Positions 18,072 to 28,721 of a stretch of DNA of 54,580 nucleotides are shown piece by piece. How positions within the stretch are numbered: position 1 is the stretch's first letter; each line of letters opens with the position of its first letter. The translations under genes were made by a program, and so were the position numbers. Source of the stretch: an uncultured Rhodospirillaceae bacterium (lineage in GTDB: Bacteria; Pseudomonadota; Alphaproteobacteria; MPNO01); assembly GCA_964587515.1 (NCBI GenBank), contig CAZPMO010000008.1, forward strand, positions 1-54,580. The letters are read 5' to 3'. The notes beneath the pieces were generated by a model that worked only from the letters and a program-made list of their open reading frames with translations, searched no databases and was not told the origin of the DNA.

Positions 18072-20846
18072 TCAATGCGCCTCGGCCCAGTTATGGGCGT
18101 GGCCGGTATCGACGACCAGCGGCACGTCGAGATGCGCCGCATCCTCCATCACCTTGCGCACCACCGAAGTGGTTTCGTCGAGCTGGGATTCCGGTACTTC
18201 CAGCACCAGTTCGTCATGTACCTGGAGCAGCATCCGCGCCTCCAGCCCGGCCTCCGCCAACGCCCCCGGCACATGGATCATGGCGCGTTTGATGATGTCG
18301 GCCGCCGCGCCCTGCAGCGGCGCGTTGATGGCCGCGCGTTCGGAGAAATTCCGCCGCGCCGGATTGCGGTCCTGGATACCGGGCACGTGGCATTTGCGCC
18401 CGAAGATCGTCGTGACGAAGCCGTTGGCGCGGGCGAATTCCTTGGTGGTTTCCATATAGTCGCGGATGCCCGGGTAATGCTCGAAATAGGTCTCAATATA
18501 GGTCTTTGCCTCACCCACCGGAATCCCGAGTTGACGACCAAGGCCGAACGGGCTGATGCCGTATATGATGCCGAAATTGATCGCCTTGGCTCGGTTGCGT
18601 ACCGCCGGCTCCATGCCCTCGACCGGAATTCCGAAAACCTCGGACGCCGTCATGGCATGGATATCCGCGCCGTCGCGGAAGGCCGATTTCAGCGCCGCGA
18701 TATCGGCGACATGGGCCAGCAGGCGCAGCTCGATCTGGGAATAATCCGCCGACAGCAGGGTACAGCCTTTCTCCGCCACGAAGGCGCGCCTTATCTTGCG
18801 CCCGTCCTCGGTGCGCACCGGGATGTTCTGGAGGTTGGGATCGGTGGAGCTCAACCGTCCGGTGGAGGCGATCGCCTGGCCAAACGAGGTATGCACGCGG
18901 CCGGTATCCGGATTGATCTGGCCGATCAGCGCTTCGGTATATGTGCTGCGCAGTTTCGCGAGCTGGCGCCAGTCGAGCACCCGGGCCGGCAGATCGTGTC
19001 CGCCCGCGGCCAGGTCTTCCAGCACGCGGGCGTCGGTGGAGTACGCGCCCGTCTTGCCTTTCCTGCCGCCTTCCAGGCCCATTTCATCGAATAGAACCTC
19101 GCCGAGTTGCTTGGGCGAGCCGATGTTGAATTCGTGCCCGGCGAGTTTATGTATCTCGGTGCCGAGGTCGGCGCCGCGCCGCTCGAAATCCCCCGACAAA
19201 TCCTTCAGCACCGCCGCGTCGACCTTGATCCCGGTGCGTTCCATATCGGCCAGCACCGGAATCAGCGCGCGCTCGATGGCCTCGTAAACCCGGACCATAT
19301 GGTCTTCCACAAGGCGGGGCTTCAGCAGCCGGTGCAGCCGCGCGGTCACGTCGGCATCCTCGGCCGCGTAATCAAGCGCCGCATCCAGCGCTACCTCGGC
19401 AAACCCGATCTGCTTTTTGCCGGTCCCGGTAACCTCGGAATATTTGATGTTGGTGTGCCCGAAATGAAGCGTCGCGAGTTCGTCGAGACCGTGGCCGTGC
19501 AGTCCGCCCTCCAGCACATAAGACAGCACCATGGTGTCGTCGACCGGCGCGACCGCGATGCCGTAGCGCGCCAGCACCTCCATGTCGTATTTGATGTTGT
19601 GACCGATCTTCAGGACGCCCCGGTCTTCCAGCAAGGGCTTCAGCAGATCGATGGCGCGCTCGAAGGGTATTTGCTCGGGCGCTTCGCCGTCGGATACGTC
19701 GCCGCCGAGATCGAGCTGGCCCTGCGCCTTCGGCGCGGTGTGGGCGAGCGGGATGTAACACGCCTTGCCCGGCTCGATCGACAGCGAGACGCCGACCAAC
19801 TCGGCGCGCATGGAATCGAGCGATGTGGTCTCCGTATCCACGGCGACGGCGCCGGCCGCGGCGGCCGCATCGACCCAACCCCTTAACGCGTCTTCGTCGC
19901 GCACCAGCGCATAATCGGTTTCGCCCGGCGGTGATTGCGGTTGCGGGGCGGTCTCCTCTCCGGCGTCGACGCCGAACCGCGCCTGAACGCGAGCAATGGT
20001 CGATTTGAAACCCTGTTCTTTCAGGAAGGCGAGGAGCGTGTCGGGATCGGGACTGGTAATCCCAAAATCGTCAAGCTGTTCTTCTACCGGCACGTCGTCG
20101 CGCAGTTTCACCAGCTCCCGCGACACGCGGGCAAGCTCGGAATTGTTGATCAGGTTTTCACGCCGTTTCGGCTGTTTGATTTCCTCGGCATGGTCGAGAA
20201 GCGTATCCAGGTCGCCATAGGTGTTGATCAACTCGGCGGCGGTCTTTACGCCGATTCCCGGCACGCCCGGCACGTTGTCGCTGGAATCGCCGGCCAGCGC
20301 CTGCACGTCGACCACCTTTTCCGGGCCAACGCCGAATTTCTCTCTCACCTGATCCGGCCCGATCATGATGTTTTTCATCGGGTCCATCATCTGCACGCCG
20401 TCGCCGACAAGCTGCATCAGATCCTTGTCGGACGAGACGATGATGACCTGGTGGCCGGACTCCTTGGCGCGCCGTACATAGGTCGCGATGATGTCGTCGG
20501 CCTCGAACCCCGCCATCTCGATACAGGGCAGATTGTAGGCGCGCGTCGCCTCGCGGATCAGATCGAACTGCGGCACCAATTCGTCGGGCGGCGGCGGCCG
20601 GTGGGCCTTGTATTCGGGATAGATGTCGTTGCGGAAGGTCTTGCGCGCGGTATCGAAGATCACGGCAAGAAATTCGGCGTCGGTATCCTCGATCAGCTTG
20701 TTCAGCATGTTGGAAAAGCCGTAAACCGCGTTCACCGGCGTCCCGTCGGGCCGGGTCATCTGCGGCAGGCCGTGGAAAGCCCGGAAGATATAAGCCGACC
20801 CGTCGACCAGATAGACGTGGTCCCGCCCGTTCCCCTTGTCCGCCAT
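18072..20846 (-). CDS. polA: DNA polymerase I
   Basis: 5'-nuclease N-terminus (VYLVDGSAYIFRAFH), a 3'-5' exonuclease domain and the pol domain (LSADYSQIELR, QVHDELV). The start is at the internal ATG (MADKGNG). Confidence 0.95.
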   Translation of the reverse strand: MADKGNGRDHVYLVDGSAYIFRAFHGLPQMTRPDGTPVNAVYGFSNMLNKLIEDTDAEFLAVIFDTARKTFRNDIYPEYKAHRPPPPDELVPQFDLIREATRAYNLPCIEMAGFEADDIIATYVRRAKESGHQVIIVSSDKDLMQLVGDGVQMMDPMKNIMIGPDQVREKFGVGPEKVVDVQALAGDSSDNVPGVPGIGVKTAAELINTYGDLDTLLDHAEEIKQPKRRENLINNSELARVSRELVKLRDDVPVEEQLDDFGITSPDPDTLLAFLKEQGFKSTIARVQARFGVDAGEETAPQPQSPPGETDYALVRDEDALRGWVDAAAAAGAVAVDTETTSLDSMRAELVGVSLSIEPGKACYIPLAHTAPKAQGQLDLGGDVSDGEAPEQIPFERAIDLLKPLLEDRGVLKIGHNIKYDMEVLARYGIAVAPVDDTMVLSYVLEGGLHGHGLDELATLHFGHTNIKYSEVTGTGKKQIGFAEVALDAALDYAAEDADVTARLHRLLKPRLVEDHMVRVYEAIERALIPVLADMERTGIKVDAAVLKDLSGDFERRGADLGTEIHKLAGHEFNIGSPKQLGEVLFDEMGLEGGRKGKTGAYSTDARVLEDLAAGGHDLPARVLDWRQLAKLRSTYTEALIGQINPDTGRVHTSFGQAIASTGRLSSTDPNLQNIPVRTEDGRKIRRAFVAEKGCTLLSADYSQIELRLLAHVADIAALKSAFRDGADIHAMTASEVFGIPVEGMEPAVRNRAKAINFGIIYGISPFGLGRQLGIPVGEAKTYIETYFEHYPGIRDYMETTKEFARANGFVTTIFGRKCHVPGIQDRNPARRNFSERAAINAPLQGAAADIIKRAMIHVPGALAEAGLEARMLLQVHDELVLEVPESQLDETTSVVRKVMEDAAHLDVPLVVDTGHAHNWAEAH

Positions 20847-21039
20847 ATGCCTGTTCCCGTGATGCCTGTCGTTGGAGGCCCAAGATGCCCAAAGGCGGCG
20901 CGGGAGTCGACTCCCCCGCGCCACGGGAGAGAAGCGTCAGAACGAAAGAGAAATAGTCATTTGTATAAAACTTTTTGTTTATTTGTTTATTATTTATAAA
21001 TAAGTGAATATGAAATAGTGGTCAGTTTAATCATTCGTT

Positions 21040-21642
21040 ATGAAAGAGACCATTAAAAGAAAGGATGATATCGAGCGTGATTTTGTCCCCGATGCTTCGT
21101 GTTTTGGGATTGCTATGATTTCTGAGACCAAATTAGCACTGGTAGCCGTTCTCGCGACGGTCCTGACGACCATTTCCGCGCCGGCGCAGACCGCCGGGAT
21201 CGGCGAGGATATGGTTGAGTTGGGGGATCTCTGGGGAGAGGCGGAGAATTCTGAAGAAATGAACGCGGACTCCACTCGCGCCAAGTTCCCTGCGTCGAGG
21301 TTGATCGGCTATGAAGCGCTGTCCCAGCCAAATAAGCGTGTCGCCGATGCCCTGTTTCTGCGGCAATCCACCATGCGCAAGCTGGTCGGGGTGCGTTGGT
21401 CGCTGGAAGAAATCGCTTACGCGAAGCAGGCCGGGGCGAACTGGCGCCAGATATTCCACGAAATGCAGTCCGAGGGATTGCTTAATGACCGCAATCTTCA
21501 CCGGGCCGTCAGTCGGCACGACCGGGCGCCGTTGCGTCCGGACCGGCTGACCGACGTGGACGCCCGGGGGCGTGGGCGCGGCTCCGTGCTTCATGGGACC
21601 GACCGCTTCCAGCATCGCTCCAAAGGCGATGCCGGCGGATAG
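21040..21642 (+). CDS. hypothetical protein, probable signal peptide; start uncertain (alternative ATG at 21115)
   Basis: The only long ORF here. From 21115 it reads MISETKLALVAVLATVLTTISAPAQTAG. The 5' third is visibly lower in GC than the surroundings, and I recognise no family. Confidence 0.4.
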   Translation: MKETIKRKDDIERDFVPDASCFGIAMISETKLALVAVLATVLTTISAPAQTAGIGEDMVELGDLWGEAENSEEMNADSTRAKFPASRLIGYEALSQPNKRVADALFLRQSTMRKLVGVRWSLEEIAYAKQAGANWRQIFHEMQSEGLLNDRNLHRAVSRHDRAPLRPDRLTDVDARGRGRGSVLHGTDRFQHRSKGDAGG

Positions 21643-21668
21643 GGAAGACGCGATAAAGCTATTCGATA

Positions 21669-22889
21669 TCAGATGGGCGCTGGATCATGCTCTAGCACCG
21701 CGCCCGCGAGATAGAGCGACCCGCACACCAGAATACGGCCCGATGCGCCTCCGGCGCGGGTGATCGCGTCTATCGCGCCCACAAGGTTTTCTTCCGGCGC
21801 GATTTCCATTCCGGCGTCCCGAGCCCGATCGGCAAGCGCCTGGGCGCTATAGGCGTTTTCCTCGCCCGGAATGGCAATGGCGCGAATGCTTGCGGCGAGG
21901 GCCGCCAGCGGGCGCAGAAAGTCCGCCGGGTCCCGATTGTCGAGCATGCCGACGATCAGGTGCAGCGGAGCGTCTCGCCAGTTAGCGACCGCCGCCGCCA
22001 GCGCGTCCGCCGCGGCCCGATTGTGGCCGCCGTCGAGCCAGAGTTCCCAGCCCTCCGGCAATGTGGCCGCGATTGGCCCATCCGACAGATGCTGGAGCCG
22101 CGCCGGCCATTTCGCCTCCGCTATTCCTTTCGAAGCCGAAACGATATCGATGCGGGGCGCTGGAAGCCGGCGCAGACAGGCGATCGCGAGCGCCGCGTTT
22201 TCGAGTTGGTGCCGGCCGGGCAGCGCCGGCGTTGGAAGGACCAGCGACATCGTCTCATCGCGCCATTCGGACCCATCCAGACGCCAGTCGACGCCCGCGC
22301 GGAAGAGCGGCGCGCCGACTTCCATGGCGCGGGTCTCGATCACCGCCGCCGCCGCATCGGGCTGCGGCCCGAGAACGCATTCGGTATTGGACTTCAGGAT
22401 ACCGGCCTTCTCGAAGGCGATTTCCGCCACTGTCTCGCCCAGGAAATGCGTGTGGTCGATCGAGACCGGCGTAATCGCGGTCAGGGCCGGTTTCGCAATT
22501 ACGTTGGTCGCATCGAACCGTCCCCCAAGGCCGGTTTCGATCAGCGCGATATGAGCCGGCGCGCGCGCGAAGGCCAGAAACGCGGCCGTGGTCGTGATCT
22601 CGAAGAAAGTGATCGGCGCGCCGGCGTTGGCGGTCTCGCATTCTTCCAGCAGTTCGGTCAACGCGGCATCGTGGATTGGCGCGCCGGCAACCGCGATGCG
22701 TTCCCTGAAGCGGACAAGATGGGGCGAGGTATAGGCGTGGACGACCAATCCCGCCGCCTCGCACATTGCCTTCATAAAGGCGATGGTGGAGCCCTTGCCG
22801 TTGGTGCCGGCGATATGGATGACCGGCGGCAGGGTGCGTTCCGGATTGCCGAGCGCCGCGAGGAGCCTCTCGGTGCGTCCGAGCGACAA
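21669..22889 (-). CDS. folC: bifunctional folylpolyglutamate synthase / dihydrofolate synthase; N-terminus probably extends upstream
   Basis: HIAGTNGKGST P-loop and Mur-ligase architecture. The track start is a TTG at 22889, but FolC-like residues (AVLDRLTGLHPKLIDL) continue in frame upstream. Confidence 0.88.
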   Translation of the reverse strand: MSLGRTERLLAALGNPERTLPPVIHIAGTNGKGSTIAFMKAMCEAAGLVVHAYTSPHLVRFRERIAVAGAPIHDAALTELLEECETANAGAPITFFEITTTAAFLAFARAPAHIALIETGLGGRFDATNVIAKPALTAITPVSIDHTHFLGETVAEIAFEKAGILKSNTECVLGPQPDAAAAVIETRAMEVGAPLFRAGVDWRLDGSEWRDETMSLVLPTPALPGRHQLENAALAIACLRRLPAPRIDIVSASKGIAEAKWPARLQHLSDGPIAATLPEGWELWLDGGHNRAAADALAAAVANWRDAPLHLIVGMLDNRDPADFLRPLAALAASIRAIAIPGEENAYSAQALADRARDAGMEIAPEENLVGAIDAITRAGGASGRILVCGSLYLAGAVLEHDPAPI

Positions 22890-22935
22890 ATCGATCAGCT
22901 TGGGATGCAGCCCCGTCAGACGGTCGAGGACGGCG

Positions 22936-23835
22936 TCACTCCCCAGGACCGGCCCCCTCTTGCGCCGCGCTTTGCGTCGCCGCGCCCTGGGAGCGGTTCA
23001 TCAGCAGGTCGAGTACCTGGATCAGCGTGTCGCGCAGCTTGTGGCGATCCACCACCATGTCGACCATGCCGTGCTCCATCAGATATTCGGCGCGCTGGAA
23101 GCCGTCGGGGAGCTGTTCGTGGATGGTATCCTCGATGACCCGCGCCCCGGCGAAGCCGATCACCGCGCCCGGTTCGGCGATCGATATATCGCCCAGCATC
23201 GCAAACGACGCGGAGACGCCGCCGGTGGTCGGATCGGTCAGGATCGCGATATAGGGCAGTCCCGCCTCGCGCACTTCCTGGATGGCGATGGTGGTGCGCG
23301 GCATCTGCATCAGCGAAAGAATACCCTCCTGCATGCGCGCGCCGCCGGAAGAGGCGAACACCAGCAACGGCGCGCGCATTTCAACCGCGCGCCGGGCCGC
23401 GATCAGGATGCCCTCGCCCACCGCCATGCCCATGGACCCGCCCATGAATTCGAAATTGAACACCACCGCGACAGCCTCGATCCCGCCAATCTTGCCTTCG
23501 GCGGCGATCAACGCGTCGGTTTCTCCGGTGCTGGAGCGTGAATCCTTCAGCCGGTCGGAATAGCGCTTGCGGTCGCGGAACTTCAACGGATCGTTGGTCG
23601 GCTCCGGCAGTTCGATTTTGGTCCACCCGTCTTCGTCGAAAATCGATGCGATGCGCATTTTCGCGGGAAGACGCATATGATGGTTGCAGTGCGGGCACAC
23701 CCGCAGATTGGCGTCGAGATCGCGATGGAACACCATCTGTTCGCACGATTTGCACTGTTCCCACAGATTGTCCGGAACGTCGGGCTTGCTGACCAGCGCC
23801 CGGATCTTCGGTGGAATATTCGTCAACCAGCTCAT
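22936..23835 (-). CDS. accD: acetyl-CoA carboxylase carboxyltransferase beta subunit
   Basis: N-terminal zinc ribbon CKSCEQ...CPHCNHH and the carboxyltransferase core. Confidence 0.93.
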   Translation of the reverse strand: MSWLTNIPPKIRALVSKPDVPDNLWEQCKSCEQMVFHRDLDANLRVCPHCNHHMRLPAKMRIASIFDEDGWTKIELPEPTNDPLKFRDRKRYSDRLKDSRSSTGETDALIAAEGKIGGIEAVAVVFNFEFMGGSMGMAVGEGILIAARRAVEMRAPLLVFASSGGARMQEGILSLMQMPRTTIAIQEVREAGLPYIAILTDPTTGGVSASFAMLGDISIAEPGAVIGFAGARVIEDTIHEQLPDGFQRAEYLMEHGMVDMVVDRHKLRDTLIQVLDLLMNRSQGAATQSAAQEGAGPGE

Positions 23836-23876
23836 GCGTCAGTCGCTTCTCACTTGCCGCGCGCGCCGCGCACGCC

Positions 23877-24716
23877 CTATTTTCTTCGCGCGCCACGCAC
23901 GCCGGTGGCCAATTCACCCACGAAACCCAACACCTCATCCGCCAGTCCGGCGCGCGGCCGCATCGCCTCGTCCAGCGCGCCGGCTATGCGCTCGACGATG
24001 GCCGAACCCACCACGGCGGCGTCCGCGACATTCGCCACCACCGCCGCCTGCGCCGGGGTACGGATGCCGAACCCCACCGCGACCGGCAGCTTCGTGGCGG
24101 CGCGCACGCGTCCGACACCGTCGGCCACCGCGTCGCCGGTCGCCGAAGTCGACCCGGTAACGCCCGCGACGGAGACGTAATAGATAAATCCGTTGCAATT
24201 TGCCACAAGTTCCTTGAGCCGCACGTCGTCGGTCGCGGGCGTGACCAGGCGAATGAAGTCCAGCCCGGCCTTGCGCGCCGGCAGGCAAAGCTCGTCATCT
24301 TCCTCCGCCGGCACGTCGACCACGATCAGCCCGTCGACGCCGGCGCGCAGGGCGTCGCCAAGAAACGCTTCCACGCCGTAATGATAAATCGGATTGTAAT
24401 AACCCATCAGCACCACCGGCGTATCGGCGTCATCGGCGCGGAACGCCTCGACCATGGCCAGCGTGCGCTTCATGTTCTGTCCGGCGGCCAGGGCGCGCTG
24501 GCTCGAGAGCTGGATCGCCGGGCCGTCGGCCATCGGATCGCTGAACGGCATGCCGAGTTCGACAATATCCGCGCCGGCGCCGGGCAGGCCGCGCAGAATT
24601 TCCATCGCCGTTTCATGATCCGGATCACCAGCGGTCACGAAAGTCACCAGGCCGGCGCGGCCCTCGGCGCGCAGCGCCTCGAAACGGGTCGTGATCCGGT
24701 CGCCGCCCGCGCTCAT
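23877..24716 (-). CDS. trpA: tryptophan synthase alpha chain
   Basis: From the internal ATG: [33 protein letters not shown]...[18 protein letters not shown] overlap with the trpB stop. Confidence 0.92.
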   Translation of the reverse strand: MSAGGDRITTRFEALRAEGRAGLVTFVTAGDPDHETAMEILRGLPGAGADIVELGMPFSDPMADGPAIQLSSQRALAAGQNMKRTLAMVEAFRADDADTPVVLMGYYNPIYHYGVEAFLGDALRAGVDGLIVVDVPAEEDDELCLPARKAGLDFIRLVTPATDDVRLKELVANCNGFIYYVSVAGVTGSTSATGDAVADGVGRVRAATKLPVAVGFGIRTPAQAAVVANVADAAVVGSAIVERIAGALDEAMRPRAGLADEVLGFVGELATGVRGARRK

Positions 24717-25927
24717 AGCGTGACCCCCAGCGATTCGGCGACAGCGAACACGTCCTTGTCGCCACGGCCGCACATATTCATCACCAGCAGATGATCGCTG
24801 GGAAGTCCGGGGGCAATGCGCGCGACATGGGCCAGCGCGTGGGCCGGCTCCAGGGCCGGGATAATGCCTTCCATCCGGCTGCAAAGCTGGAACGCATCCA
24901 GTGCCTCGCTGTCGGTTACCGAAACGTAGGACACGCGCCCGACATCGTTGAGCCGGGCGTGTTCCGGTCCGATACCCGGGTAATCCAGTCCCGCCGAGAT
25001 CGAATGGGCCTCGATGATCTGCCCGTCGTCATCCTGCAACAGATAGCTGCGGCTGCCATGCAGGACGCCGGGACTGCCGGCGCTGACCGAGGCCGCGTGA
25101 CGGCCGGTTTCTATGCCTTCGCCCGCTGCCTCGACGGCGTGCATCGCGACGCCGTCATCGTCCAGGAAGGGGTAAAACAGGCCCATCGCATTGGACCCGC
25201 CGCCGATACAGGCGACCAGCGTATCGGGCAGCCTGCCTTCGGCCTCCATGATCTGTTCGCGCGCCTCGCGTCCGATCACGGACTGGAAATCGCGCACCAT
25301 TGCCGGGTAGGGGTGCGGTCCGGCGACCGTCCCGATGATGTAGAACGTGTCGTCCACGTTCGCGACCCAGTCGCGCAGGGTCTCGTTCATGGCGTCCTTC
25401 AGCGTCGCCGATCCCGACGTGACCGGCCGTACTTCGGCGCCCAGCAGCTTCATACGGAACACGTTGGGCGCTTGCCGCTTGATATCCGTTTCGCCCATAT
25501 AGACGACGCACGGCAAACCAAACAGCGCGCATACCGTGGCGGTGGCGACGCCGTGCTGGCCCGCGCCGGTCTCCGCGATGATGCGGGTCTTGCCCATGCG
25601 CCGGGCCAACAGGATCTGGCCGATGGTGTTGTTGATCTTGTGCGCGCCGGTGTGGTTGAGCTCATCGCGCTTGAAATAGATCTTCGCGCCGCCGAAATGC
25701 GGCGTCAGGCGTTCCGCGAAGTAGAGCGGGCTAGGCCGCCCGACATAGTGCTTCAGGTAACCGTCCATTTCGGCACCGAAGGAAGGATCGCGCCTCGCTT
25801 CGCCATAGGCGCGCTCGACCTCGAGGATCAGCGGCATCAGCGTTTCGGAAACGAAACGTCCGCCATGGATGCCGAACCGTCCACGTTCGTCCGGCCCGCT
25901 CTGGTATGTATTTATGCCTTCGGTCAT
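24713..25927 (-). CDS. trpB: tryptophan synthase beta chain
   Basis: 404 aa with [11 protein letters not shown], the PLP-lysine motif. Confidence 0.95.
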   Translation of the reverse strand: MTEGINTYQSGPDERGRFGIHGGRFVSETLMPLILEVERAYGEARRDPSFGAEMDGYLKHYVGRPSPLYFAERLTPHFGGAKIYFKRDELNHTGAHKINNTIGQILLARRMGKTRIIAETGAGQHGVATATVCALFGLPCVVYMGETDIKRQAPNVFRMKLLGAEVRPVTSGSATLKDAMNETLRDWVANVDDTFYIIGTVAGPHPYPAMVRDFQSVIGREAREQIMEAEGRLPDTLVACIGGGSNAMGLFYPFLDDDGVAMHAVEAAGEGIETGRHAASVSAGSPGVLHGSRSYLLQDDDGQIIEAHSISAGLDYPGIGPEHARLNDVGRVSYVSVTDSEALDAFQLCSRMEGIIPALEPAHALAHVARIAPGLPSDHLLVMNMCGRGDKDVFAVAESLGVTL

Positions 25928-25951
25928 CGGTTCATGAACTCCCGCCCCAGC

Positions 25952-26599
25952 CTATAGTCCAGCTACGGCTTCGAGGAAACCCTTGATGAGGGCGGGATCC
26001 TTCCTACCCGGCGCGCTCTCGACGCCGGACGAGACATCGACGGCCGGCGCGCCGGAGATACGGATCGCCTCGGCGACGTTTTCGGGGTCGAGCCCGCCCG
26101 ACAGCATCCAGGGACAATCCCACAGGCGTCCGCCCAGCAGCTTCCAGTCGAAGCTCAGCGCGTTGCCGCCCGGCATCGCGCCTTCGAGATCGGGCGGCGC
26201 CTTGGCGTCGAACAACAGCCGGTCGGCGACGCCGAGAAATGGCGACGCGGTTTCCACATCGCCGGCGCCGGCGATTTTGATCGCCTTCATCACCGGCCGG
26301 CCGGTATTGCGGCGCACCTCCGCGACGCGCTCCGGCGTTTCACCGCCGTGAAGCTGCCACAGATCGATGCGCGCGTGATCGAGAATACCCGCGAGCGTCG
26401 CGTCGTCCGGATCGACCAGCAGCCCGACGACGGTTATGTCGTCCGGCGCGCGCGTGGCGATGCGACCGGCCTGCTCGGGGGTTACATTGCGCGGCGAGCG
26501 CGGGAAAAACACCACACCGATGAAGTGCGCGCCGCCCGCGATCGCGGCATCCAGCGCATCGTCCGAATTGATTCCGCAAATCTTGGCCTGGACGGTCAT
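25952..26599 (-). CDS. trpF: phosphoribosylanthranilate isomerase
   Basis: From the internal ATG: MTVQAKICGINSDDAL...GGLDPENV. 4-nt overlap with the pyrF stop. Confidence 0.88.
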   Translation of the reverse strand: MTVQAKICGINSDDALDAAIAGGAHFIGVVFFPRSPRNVTPEQAGRIATRAPDDITVVGLLVDPDDATLAGILDHARIDLWQLHGGETPERVAEVRRNTGRPVMKAIKIAGAGDVETASPFLGVADRLLFDAKAPPDLEGAMPGGNALSFDWKLLGGRLWDCPWMLSGGLDPENVAEAIRISGAPAVDVSSGVESAPGRKDPALIKGFLEAVAGL

Positions 26600-27294
26600 G
26601 CCTCGATTTCCGATGCGATCCGCCGCGCCGCCCCGACAGGATCCGGAGCGCGCGTGATCGGCCGGCCAATCACCAGATCGTCGGCGCCCGCGGCGACCGC
26701 CTGGGCCGGGGTCATTACCCGTTTCTGGTCGTCCGACGCGGCCCAGTCCGGTCGCACACCGGGCACCACAAGCCGGAAACCGGTGCCCAGCGACGCCCTG
26801 AGCTGGGTGATCTCGTGCGGCGAGCATACCACCCCGTCGGCGCTATTCGCCTTGGCAAGCGCCGCCAGCCGCGTTACCTGACTGGCGATGGGCACCTGCT
26901 GGCCGACCGCGGAGAGATCATCGGCATCGATGCTGGTCAGCACCGTAACCGCGAGAATCAGGGGCCGGGCCTCGCCCGCGGCGGCGGCGGTTTCGGTGGC
27001 GGCGCGCAGCATCTCCGGCCCGCCCGACGCATGGACCGTGAGCATCGACACCCGAAGCGCGGCGGCGGCGCGCACCGCGCCCGCCACGGTATTGGGAATG
27101 TCATGAAATTTGAGGTCGAGGAAAATCTGGTGGCCGGTGGCGGCAATGCGCGCAAGTCCGGCCGGCCCGTGCGCGGTGAAGAACTCATTGCCGAGCTTGA
27201 GGCCGCCGACCTCGCCCTTCAGCAATTCGGCAAGCGAAATCGCCGCCTCGAGATCAGTGGTGTCGACGGCACAGAATATGCGCTCAGCGGTCAT
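26596..27294 (-). CDS. pyrF: orotidine 5'-phosphate decarboxylase
   Basis: 232 aa with FLDLKFHDIPNTV and the DDLVIGRPI motifs. Confidence 0.92.
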   Translation of the reverse strand: MTAERIFCAVDTTDLEAAISLAELLKGEVGGLKLGNEFFTAHGPAGLARIAATGHQIFLDLKFHDIPNTVAGAVRAAAALRVSMLTVHASGGPEMLRAATETAAAAGEARPLILAVTVLTSIDADDLSAVGQQVPIASQVTRLAALAKANSADGVVCSPHEITQLRASLGTGFRLVVPGVRPDWAASDDQKRVMTPAQAVAAGADDLVIGRPITRAPDPVGAARRIASEIEA

Positions 27295-27326
27295 GGCTTG
27301 TCCGTATTCAGAATCCTGACAGGGGT

Positions 27327-28268
27327 TTAAGGGTCGCCGCGTTCCAGCGCAAGCTCGGCGGCGGCGAGGTCTTCCAGCGCCGTGCCGACAGATTTGAAAA
27401 CGGTGATCTCCTCATCGCCGCCCCGACCGGTAATATTTCCCACACAGAGTTCCGAGAGTTCTCCCTTGATATCGCCGACGGTGATCGCGCCGTTCCGCAT
27501 GGCTTGAATGATGTCGCCCGCTTCGGCGAGCGCGCCTTCGCGCGTATCGACAAAAATACGCGCCCTGCGCATGGCCTCATCGTCGGTCTCGCGCATTTCC
27601 GGCGTGAATCCGCCGACCAGGTCCAGATGAGCGCCCGGCCGCAACCACGCGCCTTTCACCAACGCCTCCTTGGCGAGCGTCGCGCAGGTGATGATATCCG
27701 CTTCGCGCACGGAGCGTTCCAGATCATCCGTCGGGGTCGCGTTCATACCTTCCGCCGCGAGGGTCTCGGCCAGCGCTTTCGCCTTGTCCGGGGATCGTCC
27801 CCATACGAGGACACGTCTGAGCGGGCGGATGCAGGCGTGGGCATGGGCCAGCGCCGGCGCGAGCTGGCCGGTGCCGACCACGAGAAGCGTCCGGGCGTCG
27901 GTTCGCGCCAGATAATCGGCGGCCAGCGCCGAGGCCGCCGCGGTGCGCCGGATCGTCAGCGTGCGTCCGTCGATTACCGCGCGGGCGTCGCCCGTCGCGC
28001 CGTCGAATACCATCACCGCGCCGAGTACCGCCGGCAGCCCACGCGCGACGTTAGAGGGGAACACGTTGACGATCTTCACGGCGATCGGCCCACCCTCGCG
28101 CCAGGCGGGTTTCATCAACATCACCCCGTCTTCGCCGCCGGCCACGGGAATCCTGTGCTGGTGACGCAGCGGCGCGGCGCAGTCGGTCGTGAAGGCGGTA
28201 CGCAGACGCGCGATCAATGTCGGGTAATCCAGCCGCTTCTCCACATCGAGGCCGGACAGGACAAGCAT
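27327..28268 (-). CDS. ornithine cyclodeaminase / mu-crystallin family protein
   Basis: 313 aa with the Rossmann stretch LLVVGTGQLA and overall OCD-family pattern. Confidence 0.75.
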   Translation of the reverse strand: MLVLSGLDVEKRLDYPTLIARLRTAFTTDCAAPLRHQHRIPVAGGEDGVMLMKPAWREGGPIAVKIVNVFPSNVARGLPAVLGAVMVFDGATGDARAVIDGRTLTIRRTAAASALAADYLARTDARTLLVVGTGQLAPALAHAHACIRPLRRVLVWGRSPDKAKALAETLAAEGMNATPTDDLERSVREADIITCATLAKEALVKGAWLRPGAHLDLVGGFTPEMRETDDEAMRRARIFVDTREGALAEAGDIIQAMRNGAITVGDIKGELSELCVGNITGRGGDEEITVFKSVGTALEDLAAAELALERGDP

Positions 28269-28288
28269 GGCGTCTGGGACCGATGGTA

Positions 28289-28651
28289 TCAGTCGTCGTC
28301 AAGCGCCGCACGGCGGCGCGGCGCGTCGATTGCCGGGACCGTGGACGCCGACAAGGTGATTTCCCGACGCGCCGGAATGTCGGTGACCGTTTGACGTCTT
28401 ACCGCGCTCTCCCGCGCCCGGCGTTCGGATGCCCGCGCCCGCATTCGCCACTTTCCCACCGTAAACGCAGAGATCCCGGTGCCCAGCAGCACGCCGATCG
28501 CGAGCGCGCCGAGCAGGACCAGATAAAGCGGCGGGTCGGCCTCGAACGGAAGCGGCCAGAAATCAAGCTTGACCGCCTGTCGGTTTGCCACGGCGAACAG
28601 AACGATGATCACGGCGACAGGCACGAATATGATTCTGGCGAAAAACTTCAT
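28289..28651 (-). CDS. LapA-family (DUF1049) inner-membrane protein
   Basis: 120 aa with two TM helices, located downstream of ihfB. Confidence 0.65.
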   Translation of the reverse strand: MKFFARIIFVPVAVIIVLFAVANRQAVKLDFWPLPFEADPPLYLVLLGALAIGVLLGTGISAFTVGKWRMRARASERRARESAVRRQTVTDIPARREITLSASTVPAIDAPRRRAALDDD

Positions 28652-28721
28652 CGATCAGCCCGATACGTGGCGACCTGAATTTGGGCGATGCGTCGCCACC
28701 CAATAAGGCGGTGCGTGACGT

